Below are positions 42,090-55,965 of a stretch of DNA of 64,000 nucleotides, one piece after another. The position numbers were made by a program, and so were the translations under genes. Location: contig NC_042999.1 in NCBI RefSeq assembly GCF_006345805.1, positions 65,224,001 to 65,288,000 of the forward strand, given 5' to 3'. Each line of letters starts with the position of its first letter. Positions within the stretch are counted from its first letter, which is position 1. The notes beneath the pieces were generated by a model. The model searched no databases and was not told the origin of the DNA. It saw nothing but the letters and a program-made list of their open reading frames with translations. This DNA is from Octopus sinensis. Taxonomy: Eukaryota.

Positions 42090-42400
42090 GCGGCGATTGT
42101 TTCTGGGCGGATGTAACCAACGTTTCTGTTCCTCGTTTTAATTTCTCGTCCTTCAACCAAAGCGAGCAGGCTTCACTTCCAACATTTTCGTTTTTCTGCA
42201 TGAATTGGATGCACAGGTCCATTTCTTTTCACTTATTCATTCTGTTGTTCCTAATTTTTTCTTTCAAATTTTTCTCGTAATATTTCAGTTCTTTTCGAGT
42301 TTCTCTGGCTGCCAAAAGTATTCTATATTTCTCTATAGAACATAAATTTTCAGCCCCAGTATCGCAGTACCAACAGTGTCTTCCGCATTAAGTCATCCTC
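42090..42400 (-). pseudogene. Second R4-clade fragment
   Basis: KEMDLCIQFMQK...SLWLKDEKLKRGTETLVTSAQKQ, resembling W..K.LHGQF...WL..G.LK..TE.LI.AAQ.Q. Confidence 0.6.
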
Positions 42401-42509
42401 TACTACGTACCGTTCTTGGCAGATAGTCGGTCAGGTCGATTCTTCTTATTTCGTACTCCTTAGTGACTTTTGTACTCTTTAGTGAATTTATTATTGAACT
42501 AAATTGAAT

Positions 42510-43830
42510 TTAACTAGTTTCAGCTTACGAGCAGTGACCATGCTGGGGCACCGCCATTTGGTGTTGCTACATAATTTTTACTTCACTAATCCTTTTACAA
42601 ACTTCAGATTTGGTGCATGAGAGAGTTTGATGCTGCTGCCCTCGTTTGCACTTCCTGCTGTGAAGTTGTTTGTTTCATCTAGGACCCTTGACAGTAAGAG
42701 ATCTAGTTTTCTTTTGAAGACATCTACATCCACTCCATATAGTTCTCTCAGTTCCTTCGGGAGGATATGGAAGAGCTGCGGGCGTTCGAAGCCAAGACTA
42801 TTGCAATATCTTGTCCTATATTCTGGTGGCAAAGTTGGAGTCTTTAACACTATGTAGTGACGGCCTCTTCTAGCGTTACTGTAACTATCAATCTCAATGT
42901 CAAAGTTTAGGACAAGTCTCTCCAGAATCTTCCAGATGTATATTACGACATATCTTTCCCGCCTACGCTCCAGGGAATAGGATCTCAATCTCTTGAGTCT
43001 TTAACAGTAGCTTATATGCTGCATAGATATTATCTTCTTCGTGTATCTACGGTGGATTGCCTCAAGTTCTACAATTAATTTCACACTGTTTGGTGACCAT
43101 AGCTGGGCGCAATAGTCAAAGCGGATTATGACAAATGTCCTCCAGAGACCATTATGGTTTCCTGATCTCTTGTTTTAAAAGCTTTAAGAATCCATCCGGT
43201 CAGCCGCCTTCATTTCATTGCCAGCTTAGCAACATCCACATCGAAGGATGCATCATTACTCATGTAAATGCCCAGGTCTCGCACTGACAGTGTCTCTGGA
43301 ATTGCAATCCTTCCACGTCCAGTTTATTCAAGTGGTATTGTATTTAGTTTTGCTTGCTGTTAGCATAGGGCTTGAAAGTTTTCAGTATTAAACTGCATGC
43401 TGTTCTTCGTATACAACTTGTATATTTAATCTAAATCACGTTGCCGGTGCATAAAGTCTTCAGGGTTCTATATTTGTATTATCTGAATAAATTGTGATCG
43501 TGGTTCTCTGTGTGGCTGAGGGCATATCTGAGAAGGACATTATTAACAGTAGTGGTCCCAAAACAGTGCCTTGCAGAACACCACTCATTATTAGCATGCC
43601 ATTAGAGGTGGTCCCATTGGCTTGTACAGCTTGACTTCTGTCCTTCAGAAAGTTATGCAGCATTCTCCCAATTTCCCGACAATACCAAGAGCACAAAATT
43701 TGTGACATATCATTCCATGATAGATATTAGTCGAAAGCCTTTGCAAAGTCGAGTTATATCAAATCCATATCTCAGTGGTTGAGCAGCTGTTACTACACCC
43801 AGCCAAAGTGTTCTAACAGCTGAGTCTTCG
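42510..43830 (-). pseudogene. Decayed CR1-group LINE RT and 3' end
   Basis: FAKAFD, GVLQGTVLGPLLL, SLERRRERYVVIYIWKILE, YCNSLGF. Tail GGCGGTGCCCCAGCATGG...GCTGAAAC. Confidence 0.85.
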
Positions 43831-43877
43831 TCTTCTTCTTCATTTACTTCTTATCATCATCATCATCATCCTCATCA

Positions 43878-43948
<71 letters not shown>

Positions 43949-44124
43949 TAAAATTTGGTGAGCTGGCTAAATTGATAACATACTGGCGTTTCGTCCGCCT
44001 TTACTTTCTGATTTCGAAACCCGCTGAGGTTGATTTTCTTTCCATCCTTCCATCGACTTACCTCTACTGGAAATTTCTGGATTCCTACCCATAACAGAAA
44101 CGATTATTATTATCATTATTATTG

Positions 44125-44680
44125 AGTGAGAGAGCAGTGTATGCCATCAAAGTGACACTAGGGTAAGATATACGAAGCCCAGTATACCAATCATGAATAC
44201 CCGTCTGATAAGGGTACACCAGGCACATGCATCACAGGCATATGTGTACGGTATGGTGATCTCATATCAAGATAAACAGCACATGACCTTGCAGGTGGGG
44301 CCCAGTTACAACCTTGTTCAGGTCAAGTAGGCCGTTCCGCTCAAAAAGTCCCTGAACAAAGGTTATTTAAGGCTGTTTAACGAAACACCCATGATTTCAG
44401 AGGTCAATTATTGAAAAACCATAGAATTTCTCAAATGGCTATGATGCACAGCCACTACTTCTGCTCTTGATAAGAGATGCACATATAGCCAGATACTAAG
44501 TGACATGCTCAACTGGTTAGGGTCAAACAACTGACAAGCAAATCTGTGGTATTGAGCAGAATATTTGCTGAAATCCAAGACAAAACAATGTATATGATAG
44601 AACTCCCAATCAGTTAAGATCGGAAGCCATGAGAACCATTGTCTAGTACTGCATCAGGGCATTTATTATCATCATCATGA
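44125..44680. repeat. Unclassified interspersed-repeat-like segment between (ATT)n tracts
   Basis: Compositionally distinct block. Resembles an abundant Octopus repeat from recall only. Confidence 0.35.
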
Positions 44681-44723
44681 TAATAATAATACTAATTATT
44701 ATTATTATTATCATTATTATTAA

Positions 44724-45350
44724 AGTGGAGTGCTGGCAGAGACGTTATCACACTGGACGAAATGCTTAGCGGTATTTTGCCCATCAAGCTGGCAGAAACG
44801 TTAGCACACTGGGCGAAATGTTTACCGGTATTTCGTCTGTCGCTACGTTCAGAGTTCAAAATTCCGCCGAGGTCGACTTTGCCGTTCATCCTTTCGGGGT
44901 CGATTAAATAAGTACCATTTACGCACTGGGGGTCGATATAATCGACTTAATTCGTCTGTCTGTCCTTGTTTGTCTCTTCTGTGTTATTGAGCAGAATATT
45001 TGCGGGAATATTGTGGGAAGTAAAGAAATAGGTATTTCGTTTGCCGCTACGTTCAAATTTCGCCGAGGTGGACTTAGCCTTTCATGTCCTCGGGGTCGAT
45101 AAATTAAGAACCATTTACGCACTGGGGTCGACGTAATCGACTTAATCCGTGTGTCTGTCCTTGTTTATCCTCTCTGTATTTAGCCCCTTGTGGGTAGTAA
45201 AGAAATAGGCATTTTGCCCATCGCTAGGTTCTGAATTCAAACTTTGACTTTTATCTTTACAGGGTCGATAACGTAAGTACCAGTGAAACGCAGGTCTCGA
45301 TGAAACACTGGGTTCAGCTACCTCAAAATTTCAGGCCTTTTGTCTATAGT
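44724..45350 (+). mobile_element. SINE S2 multimer (duplicated head and three bodies)
   Basis: Junction AAAGAAATA|GGYATTT at about 45030 and 45208. Confidence 0.85.
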
Positions 45351-45358
45351 AGAAACAA

Positions 45359-45432
<74 letters not shown>

Positions 45433-45946
45433 GTTGTTGTTGTTGTTGTTACTGCTATTGTTAGTTATTATTTCGTCACAATATTCCTCGCTTGACGCTT
45501 CAGCAAAAAAACAAAAACAAAAGGAATTAATAAATAAACATATATAAGATATAACAAATAATAGTGTTATTGCGTAATATATTGCTTAATGTAATGGAAT
45601 TTATGTAACATGAAAACAAAGCAAAAATACATACGTACATATATTCATAGGTATATACCTGTGTGTGTGTGTGTATGTGTGTGTATGTGTGTGTGCGCGC
45701 GTGCGCGTGAGTTGGTAAGTGCGTATGTAGGTAAGTGCGTATGTAGGTAAGTGCTATGCATTGCGTATACAAATGTTGGGTGTGAAAGATAGGAAGTGTG
45801 AGAAACGTTGTTTTTTTAATCTTTTATGAAACTTGTTCACTCGGATCATATTGTTGCTCGGTAAATAATTGTTTCCTTTTAGGAAACAACCTACTTAGAT
45901 GAATGCCAGTTTAACAATGAACAAATATATTTTCCCACAAACACAC

Positions 45947-45977
<31 letters not shown>

Positions 45978-46336
45978 AACATATATGTATGTATGTAAGT
46001 ATAAGCAAATTCGATTATAACGCAAAATAGGTAGGGTAGACCAATCAGTCACCTCAACTCTCAGCTTACATTGTGATGTCAATTAAATTATTGCCACGTT
46101 TGATAAAGGTGCTATTGAAATAGCGTTCAACGTGTTTCATCTTTATTGCGACTCTACCTGTAATATATGTGTCTACATATACATGCATCCATCGATACAT
46201 ACATATGTGCGTGTGTGTGTTTATTTCCATTTATATTTATAAAAGCAAGCATATACACACTAAAAAGACGTTAAACTAACATAAGCCAAGTACGTACATA
46301 TGTGTATGGCTTGCACGTGTTTATGTATATATATAT

Positions 46337-46395
<59 letters not shown>

Positions 46396-46433
46396 CATAC
46401 ACACACACGCACATATATATGTACACACACGCA

Positions 46434-46470
<37 letters not shown>

Positions 46471-46476
<6 letters not shown>

Positions 46477-46701
46477 CATAATATTCATATGGATATAGAT
46501 TTTTTTCTTTTAATGGTTTCAGTCATTTGACTGCGGCCATGCTGCATCACCGCATTTTGTCGAACAAATCGACCACAGAACTTATTCTTTTTAAGCCTAG
46601 TACTTATTTTATCGGTCTCTTTTGCCGAACTGCTAGGTTACGTGGACGTAAACACATCAACGTCGATTGTCAAGCACAGACATGCATTTGTTCACACACA
46701 G

Positions 46702-46780
<79 letters not shown>

Positions 46781-47005
46781 CATAATATTCATATGGATAT
46801 AGATTTTTTTCTTTTAATGGTTTCAGTCATTTGACTGCGGCCATGCTGCATCACCGCATTTTGTCGAACAAATCGACCACAGAACTTATTCTTTTTAAGC
46901 CTAGTACTTATTTTATCGGTCTCTTTTGCCGAACTGCTAGGTTACGTGGACGTAAACACATCAACGTCGATTGTCAAGCACAGACATGCATTTGTTCACA
47001 CACAG

Positions 47006-47080
<75 letters not shown>
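46471..47080. repeat. Near-identical tandem duplication of about 305 bp containing a SINE S1 3' half (-)
   Basis: ATAATATTCATATGGATATAGA...TTGTCAAGCACAGACATGC occurs twice, bounded by (TA)n. Confidence 0.9.
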
Positions 47081-47083
<3 letters not shown>

Positions 47084-47084
47084 G

Positions 47085-47245
47085 TCGAGCTTCTTTAAGT
47101 TTCCGTCTACTAAACTAAATCCACTCATAAGGCTTTGGTCAGCCCAAGGCTGTAGTATAAGACTTTTTACATGTGCTACGGTTTTAAATTGGACCCGGAA
47201 ATATGTGGTTTGGAAGCAAGCTTCTTACCACGCAGACACTCCTGC
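47085..47245 (-). mobile_element. SINE S1 head
   Basis: TTCCGTCTACTAAAC...ATCCACTCATAAGGCTTTGGTC. Confidence 0.75.
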
Positions 47246-47568
47246 ACCTATATGCATATATCCCTCCATACACAAACACACAAACGCGAACGTGTATAAG
47301 CTTACGTATTGTATACACACAAATATGTAGCATAAGTGTCCATGACGTTTAACATAGAGTTTGTTTGCGTCTCTGCTTGTATATCCGCATCGACCTATCA
47401 ACCTTGCTAGAATTTAAATATTTTACGGTAAAACGAACTCTCTAGTACGTATATATGTACAGGGACAAATATACAAACTCATAAACGTCCACGCATACAC
47501 ACTCTCTCTCACACAAACCTACACAGCAACATACATACACAAAGAATATACAAAAGTACACGAACGCA

Positions 47569-47639
<71 letters not shown>

Positions 47640-47674
47640 GTATATATATATGTGTATATATATATATGTATATA

Positions 47675-47711
<37 letters not shown>

Positions 47712-47957
47712 GCACATTCATGTAAATCTATACGGTTCTATCTAACAATACGGTTCTATCAAACAATATATTTATATATATATTTATAAGTGTATATATG
47801 TATGTATGGATGTATGTATAAACACATACACATACACACAGAAACACAAACGCACATGTATAAATCTCTTTATCTATCAATATATATATCTATCTATCCA
47901 TCTATGTATGTATCTGTCTGTCTAAATGTATGTATGCATATATATATATATGTATAC

Positions 47958-48001
<44 letters not shown>

Positions 48002-48555
48002 ATATATATTTATATGTATATATGTGTATGTTTGTATGTGTGACGGTGTATTACCTATGTGTGTGTATGTTTAAAATATCTATGCAAGTTGTTATTTCAT
48101 AAAGTCTGTAGGGTCTGTTAATATCGGTTAATATTTGTGATAAAGTGTCTATTACAGTTGAAAGAAATATGATTGATAAAAAATAAAAATGTCACACTGA
48201 AAAACACAAAGGAACGCTTTACAGTTCAATCAATGTTGACTTCGCGCACGCCTACATTTCTGTTTTGTACATGACTGTGTGTGAATATTTTTGCTAATAT
48301 ATATATATATTACGTGTGTGTGTGTGTTAGTGGGCGTTCTGAAGGAGAAAGAGAGAGAATGTAGTGTGACAGAGTGTGTACATGTGGTGAGGTATCTTTT
48401 ACATTTGAGAATATAAATATCAGTGACTACCATGAAAAATAGTGAAAAGTACACTAAGGCATCGAAAATACTTCCATGAAAACAAAATTTGCAGTGCTTT
48501 ATTTCATTATTAATACTGCAAACAAACAGAGTAGGTATGGTGGTCATTGTTTGGC

Positions 48556-48942
48556 AGGCGCAGCAGTGGCTGTGTGGTAAGGAGCTTGCTTACGAACCAC
48601 ATGGGTCCGGGTTCAGTCCCATTGCGTGTCACCTTGGGAAAGTGTCTTCTACTATAGTCTCGGACCGACCAAATCCTTGAGAGTGGATTTGGTGGACGGA
48701 AACTGAAAAAAGCCCATCGTATATATGTATGTGTGTCCGTGTTTGCTCCCCCCCCCAGCATCACTTGACAATCGATGCTGGTGTGTTTATGTATCTGTAA
48801 CTTAGCGGTTCCGCAAGAGAGTCCGATAGAATAAGTACTAGGCTTTCAAAGAATAAGTCCTGGGGTCGATTTGGTCGACTAAAGGCGGTGCTCCAGCATG
48901 GCCGCAGTCAAATGACTGAAACAACTAAAAGAGTAAAAGAGT
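48556..48942 (+). mobile_element. SINE S1, full length, with (AAAAGAGT)2 tail
   Basis: Complete head, CORE-like domain and LINE-like tail GGCGGTGCTCCAGCATGGCCGCAGTCAAATGACTGAAAC. Confidence 0.92.
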
Positions 48943-49409
48943 ATGTGGCTTAAATTTGTTGGGGAATTTTTCCAAATTGCTTGTAATATAAAATCGAAAT
49001 TTTTGCTACTCTTACAGACAACAACAATAACGGTAAGAAAGTCAACAATTGCAAAAAGACAACAAAATTCGACTGTCTCCTCGGGGAAGGCGAAAAGCTG
49101 TTTTCATCGTTGTAATTTTATAGTTCAAAATTTTCCAAAACAGCTGTAAAAGCAAAAGAGAGTAGCAGTAAAGATAATTACAACAGCAGCGACCTCAACA
49201 ACAACACCAACATAAATAAATAAATAAAATTATCAATAGCAACTGCAGAGCAATGGCAGCTAATGTAACCACTTTTGTAGCTGCAGAGGCGAAAGAAATA
49301 ACGATAAAAATTGCAGTAGTAGTGGAAACACAGCAAATAAGCAAATACCATTTCTTTTGAGAAAATTGTCAAAATTTTCGATATTGTGTCCGTCCATGAA
49401 AACATGCAC

Positions 49410-50548
49410 ATTTGGAAGAGTCGGTGAAACCCAGCAGACTTGAACAAGGAAAGAATACCCTCAATATACGCTCAACAACTTTTATACTAAATAGAAGGAA
49501 AACAATTATGTACTTATGGTTATGTACGAAATGTCACAGACGAAACTGAATTCTATTTAAAAGTCATACGGCCAGAGTCTCATTTTGTGATACAATATTA
49601 TAATTTCAGACAGATTGAAGTTATTTTCCACTCGGTGACTTTAAATCAGAAGCACTCTCCATCTCGCAAAGAACTGATCATTATTCACAGATGTACATAT
49701 GTTTGGCAAAAAGAGGGGACAAAGTAAAAATGTCGAACATATCACCATAACTAGACTTCTGGTGTGTGGTGGAATGTGTAGCTTGGAAGAAAAATTACGA
49801 GCTGTTAAAAACAAATATTCGGAAAGGAAAATAGTTTTCCATGAATTTGGAGATTATGATTCTGGTGAAAGATGAGAGGCTAGACAAAATCCCCGACTAA
49901 CAGTGATTCCAGGATGAGAGCACCCGCACGTGGTAGTAGAAGATCGAAAGCCTCATTACTACAACTGTGGAGACACTTATCTCTTCAAGGCCCTTCTGTC
50001 GACAACAACAACAGAAAATGACAGTTGAAAGTTTCCACTACTGCCAACGTCACAACGTCGGCACTTCTACCAACAGTAGTAGCCAACAATTCGTAAATTC
50101 ACAGCAATTACAAGAGTTAACCATTGCAGGAACAGTGGTTACAGTTTTAGCTCTAAGACTGGAATCCACATCTACAGCAACAGCAAACAACAACAACAAC
50201 AACAGTGGAAGCAACGGCAACAAAATAAACAGCAAATATACCACCATTAAAGGCAATCACATCACAGACAATAGCAACGGCAATAGAAAAGGCTCCAAAA
50301 CGACAATTTTGATTTAGAGTCACCGAGTGGAAAATAACTTCAATCTGTCTGAAATTATAATATTGTATCACAAAATGAGACTCTGGCCGTATGACTTTTA
50401 AATAGAATTCAGTTTCGTCTGTGACATTTCGTACATAACCATAAGTACATAATTGTTTTCCTTCTATTTAGTATAAAAGTTGTTGAGCGTATATTGAGGG
50501 TATTCTTTCCTTGTTCAAGTCTGCTGGGTTTCACCGACTCTTCCAAAT
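49410..50548. repeat. Near-perfect 239-bp inverted repeats flanking a spacer of about 660 bp
   Basis: 49410-49648 is the reverse complement of 50310-50548, with differences seen only at the inner end. Confidence 0.92.
49745..50000 (+). pseudogene. Possible decayed LINE ORF1 (gag-knuckle-like) fragment
   Basis: EIMILVKDERLDKIP and HVVVEDRKPHYYNCGDTYLFKA resemble VVVEGR.P.C..CG...H.K knuckles. The cysteine and histidine positions are partly mutated. Confidence 0.35.
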
Positions 50549-51129
50549 ATACTGAAAGAGCAACCCTTCATTCAACGCATGTCCCCTGCCAGCTCATAGC
50601 ATACCGATACGTTGCATCGCGAGGTGTGTGAGAGAAGCATAAATGATAAAAGTTAAACATGAAAAGATTAAGTAACGAAAATAAAACACGCAAAAATAGA
50701 GAGACACAAAGATAAAAGGTTGATTATTAAGTGTCTAGAAACTGACTCAGTAACGTGTTGTTTTATTTTCAACTTGCCAATTCTACCACTACTTCAAAAA
50801 CTCATGTTCTGTTCAAATAGAAAGCCACATAAAATATCTGACGTGGGCCACTCAAATTATAGACATATTATCCTATTATCAATCTTATTGTATGGTACTT
50901 ATGAAACCTAACAGTAGATGGCTTTGCCCGTCGTTGATAGGAAATATTAGGTAAGTGTCAAGTGAAACGTGGCAGGAAACAAAATGCTTCCTTATAAATA
51001 TCAACAGTATCTATAATGCAATCTTGTGAAAAACTGACGGTCTGCATGTTGGCCTGGAATGCGAGAAAAGCAATTCTAAAACCACATTCTTGTTCGGGGT
51101 AACTATGACAATTTTTATGTTTACAACAG

Positions 51130-51230
51130 CTTGGTGCATTGGTGAACATTCAATGGTGTTGGAGGGTATAAAGATTAAGGTTGCTCGTTTAGAAAAAGTT
51201 ATCCGACAGGAAGACTGGAAGCTAAAAGCT
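51130..51230 (+). CDS. Candidate isolated host exon (unassigned)
   Basis: Acceptor TTTTTATGTTTACAACAG and donor GCT|GTAAGT. One open frame: WCIGEHSMVLEGIKIKVARLEKVIRQEDWKLKA. No phase-compatible neighbouring exon was found. Confidence 0.25.
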
Positions 51231-52962
51231 GTAAGTATTCCAGAATTCCTGAATAAATTCATTAAGTGCATAATATATTTCATATTCTGTTTTCAAACCA
51301 TCCTCTGTTCGACCACACATTTTGTCATTTCATAATCTGTGACTAGTAAAAGATAGCAGCTATAAAACGATATCAGTTGATTTTGACTGCACAATATTTC
51401 ATTTAAAATTTGGTCATATCTTCATGATTGTTGAGGAAGTGAATCAATAATCACCAATATAGAAATAAAACCTATACACTGAACGAAATTATATAAATCA
51501 GCCGAAGTTTTATAATCATTTATATACAGAAACATAAGCAGCTTGTGATAATTGTAAGTTATCTATATTATCTATATATTTTATGATTCCGTACTTTTTG
51601 TGAAATTTAATTATATTTCAAAGACAGCAGAATGCCATCGGCTGCTTATTTTCGAAGACATTTTGATCGTATATGATTATATATTTAATACGAAAATACA
51701 AAATGTGTGTATTTGTATAGTCCTATAGCTATATATATATGTATGTGTGCATATATATATATATAAACACACGTGCACAAATAAAGAAAAGAATTGAATT
51801 TGTTGTATTTCTAAAAAGCACACAAACACATCAAGAAAGAAAAAGAGATTAAAACATTAACCATCGGCCTCATATAGCGATTGACTACAGCATTTCATAG
51901 AAGCTATCGATGTGGTAACAGATAATCATTTAGTAAGTCTGTACCTCGAGCAATTTTTGATTTCCGATTGAATCTTATGTCACTGATGTACTCGCGAATG
52001 GCATTTTCATCACAAAATATCATTTATATCTCCCAACATTATAGACAATTTCAAAGTGTCTAATATTTCACTGTAATGAGACGTGCCATAGACTGAAAGT
52101 AAACAATTAATTTAGAAGCATATTAACACCGCCATCATCTCAGTTCCGTATCTCTACACTCTGTTTTACAGTGGCTACAAAGGTCAGACTTTCTTTGAAC
52201 AGGTAGATATATAATATGATCAAACAAACTCCAAAGTGATTGGTATTGGTCGTCGTTGGCAAGATTTGTTTTTATTTAGTAAAATCGATAAAAAGTGTGT
52301 CGTGAAATTGACTTGTGGTGTAGAAAATCCCAAGTTTCGGTCACAATTCTTATTCAGAGTCAACTTGAAAGGACTGACGAGATAGTTTTGTTTCATTTCG
52401 AGGATGTGAAACGCTGCTGTCTCTCATTAATTTCTCTCCTGTTAAGATTTTCCTGAAGTCTTCTGCAGGAAAATGCTTCCACTCACCACAGGTTCACTGT
52501 ATTCTTTCGATTGATTTTACTAGATCTATAATATCCGAAAAATGGGATTGTAGGTACATTTATTTCCTTTCCTATTCCTCCCTTTAATATATATCGATGT
52601 CAAAATCCTCTCCTAAATATTTCACATTTTCCTATCCAGTACCATCAGCAACTCATTTCTACGGCTGAGTGAACTGGAGCAACCTGAAATAAAGTGTCTT
52701 GCTTCAGAACACAACACGCATTTGTGTTTCATCGGAGGAAGCCCCGTTGGCCACCACTACCAGACTTGTTTCTTATATATATATAACCGAAGACTGTTTG
52801 ATTTCATAATTTCCCCTCTTCTTTTTTTGCCTGTGTGAGTTCCAGAGAGGATTATCTATGGAGTCATATTTTGAAGCGAAAAGAAATAACGGTCTTTTGG
52901 CTGCTATTTCTAAATTTTTCGGTATGTAGTTAAGCAACTTGTTGCTAAATCCTTAATTATAT

Positions 52963-52994
<32 letters not shown>

Positions 52995-53179
52995 GATATA
53001 TATATATATATATTTGTGTGTGTGTGTTTTCTTTTACTATTTCATAGTTAGTGCACGGTGATCGCTTATAAGCTTTAAGCTTATAAAAAAAATATATTTA
53101 TATTTATAAACACACGCGCGCACACGCACAGACACACTCACATACACACACACACACACACACACATACACACACACAG

Positions 53180-53228
<49 letters not shown>

Positions 53229-55965
53229 AACATAAACACTCAGATATGTAGTTATAGGTTTGTAGGTGTATCTGTAACGACGGTGCATCGTGTAATGACG
53301 TTTAGATAAAATTTTCGTGTTTAAAAAGGATATATTTCATAATTTGGCTCCATTGATATCTCAGAGTGAATTTATTAATATAGAAATGAAGCTTTAACAG
53401 GAATGTTTTTAACGAATGAAATGCTATTTCCATTTTAATACTTGACAGTTTGTTTCTCCTCGCTAATATCTGAGACATTTGAATATTATATTTCAATTAT
53501 GAAAACCAAATGAAAAATATCAGCCATTCTTCCATTTCGGAATCAGCATAACAAATATATGTCTGTTAAGTTATTTTTATTTCTGAAAGCATTTTAAAGT
53601 GTTTAATATTACCATATTTCACTTACAGTTATGCAAATAGAAACCTTATATACTTGCAACAACCACAATATAGATAATCTTATTACGTTTTAGATGTATT
53701 TATAACTTTACAATGTACAATTTTATTCTAGCAGATAGCTTCATTTGCCTAATATATACGATTCGTAGGAGTTTTAATTAAATTGCTCAATATTGCCCAC
53801 TCTATGGAAGTATGGTATCCGAAAATATTAGGTATTTTATGAAATAAGAAACATAAAAATAGTGAAATTTATGTAGTTTTAATGAACAGTAATGGTGAGT
53901 AAAGAGGAATTTTAGCGCAATTTGTCACCTATTCAATGATCGACTGTATTAAAGGTCTTCGAAAAGCGGAAATGTAACTCATCCACGCATCAATCGTTAA
54001 GTAAATCTTCAGCAACAAGTGTAATTTTGTAGAATTTGTGTGAAACAATGTCTTACGAGCTGAAAGCTGTTTTCGTATCCGTTCACAAGTAATTTTCTTC
54101 TTAGGAACTGATTTGCTGAATTTGTACGTTGAGAATCGGTCGTTATTGTATGGTGCTTACGTTATTTGCTTATATATCTTCATACACACACACACACACA
54201 TATATATAAATACATATATAACTTGAAACACTTGTTTCCTTACTCCCAAAGCTCAACGACTGACCACTTGTGAATTCCTTGTCACTGCCTGGAATCAAAT
54301 CTTAAGGTTTGTAGGCCGCACTCTTAACTACTACGCCATATGCCCGCGGGTAATTATGAAGTGAATATTAGGGCTTATAAATCTAATATTTTCCTATCCT
54401 TCCTTAATATCGGTTCCCATATGTTCCTCATATCTGCACTCGGTCTGCTTAGGAGGTTGTTGTGTCCTAGCATACGTGCTGCTTCTTTTAGTTTTCGTAT
54501 TTTCCAGTGTTTTCTCTGTCTATTATTTTAACATCATGCCACAAGGGGAGGTGGTCCTCATTTTACATGCGTGGAAAATAAAATAGGAATTTTCATAAGA
54601 ACTTTCTATAAAACTATGTTTTAAACATCGAATGACCATGAAGCTCCACCAAAATAAAATAGTAATCAAAGTGGTCCATAGATAAGACATTGTTAAGTAC
54701 CCCTACAGTTTAGATGATTTTTACAAAACACCATCTTTAATGATTTAGCCAAATTCTGAGTGATTGGAAGAGACGAATATAATAGCGTAAGTGTAATTGA
54801 CTATTACTATATCGATGATGAAATAATTAAAGGCAAAGTTGATCTTGGCAGGATTTAAATCTGTGCGTCGAGAGCGGCAACAAATACCTCAAGGATTATA
54901 TCCGCCAATTCACCGCCTTTTTGAAACATTAACAGAATCTAAATAAAGAGAAGGGCAATCTGCTACCTTGGCACGGGAATCGTTAATTAGAATACATTCC
55001 TATTAACCTTTAGCTTGACACATTAATCTGCTAATTATGTTAACCTTTCATCTTCCCTATCTTGGCACCTCTCGATATGGTAGGATATTCATTGCGAGAA
55101 ATATCGTTGAATTCCCTTCTAATTCAGCTAGGATAGCGCTTTTAATTATTTCTTATACAATCAATGTAATGTTTTAGTAAACTTTTAAATATATTTTTTT
55201 TACGACAAATATGTAATAACGTTTAATATAAAAGGCTGTTTTATTCCACTATGTACGACAATAAATATTAATAATTAACTGAAATGGAATTGATGCAGCT
55301 GTTTTCAAATATTAAATTCTTATAGCTCCATTCAATTATCATTACATAAATCATATTTTATGATTCGTCAAGTGCTGAAATAAATGTATTCAGCAGTTTA
55401 TAACTAGCTCATTTTAGCAAATGCTGCCTTTATGTTATTCTAGCTTCCTTCTTTTGTTTGTGTGTTCTCAAAAATATTAATTGATAACTGCGGATATGGC
55501 TGTCTGATTAAGAAGCTGGTTTTGCAACAACTTGCTTTCGGTTTGAGTTCCAATGCGCTGCATCTTGGGCAAGTGACATTTAATATAGACATTTAGTATG
55601 CAATGCTTTGTGAGTGAATTTGATAGGCAGAATGTATGTGGGATCCAGTCGTAGAACTCGACTGAGGATAGAAAACTTAGAATGACCCGTCCTTGTTTTT
55701 CTTTGTAACGTCTGTCTGGATGTTTTGCGTTCTTGTCACATTTTTGTATTTTTAAATATAAAAATATAGCGGCGTACGTACACTTTGATCTTTTATATAT
55801 ATATCTCTGCTTCTTACTTCTTTGTTACCTATTTAGTTAAAGGCAAGCCAGTGTAAACCACGAGTTTCCTATTGTTATTATATCCATTTTCTTTTCTTAT
55901 ACATACACACATACACACACACACACACACACACATGCACACACACATATATATATATATATATA

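Noticed and set aside
49410-49450. TTGGAA-GAGTC...GACTT-GAAC in the 239-bp repeat arm
   Set aside because: Core, stem I and stem III are all absent or degenerate, so it was not counted as an HHR.
50915-52202. Other splice-site-bounded micro-exon candidates (50915-50951, 52172-52202)
   Set aside because: Phases are incompatible with the 51130 candidate and the peptides are unrecognisable.
53270-53300. ACGGTGCATCGT shared with stem III of the 35908 ribozyme
   Set aside because: Only 12 nt match and no core is recognisable upstream.
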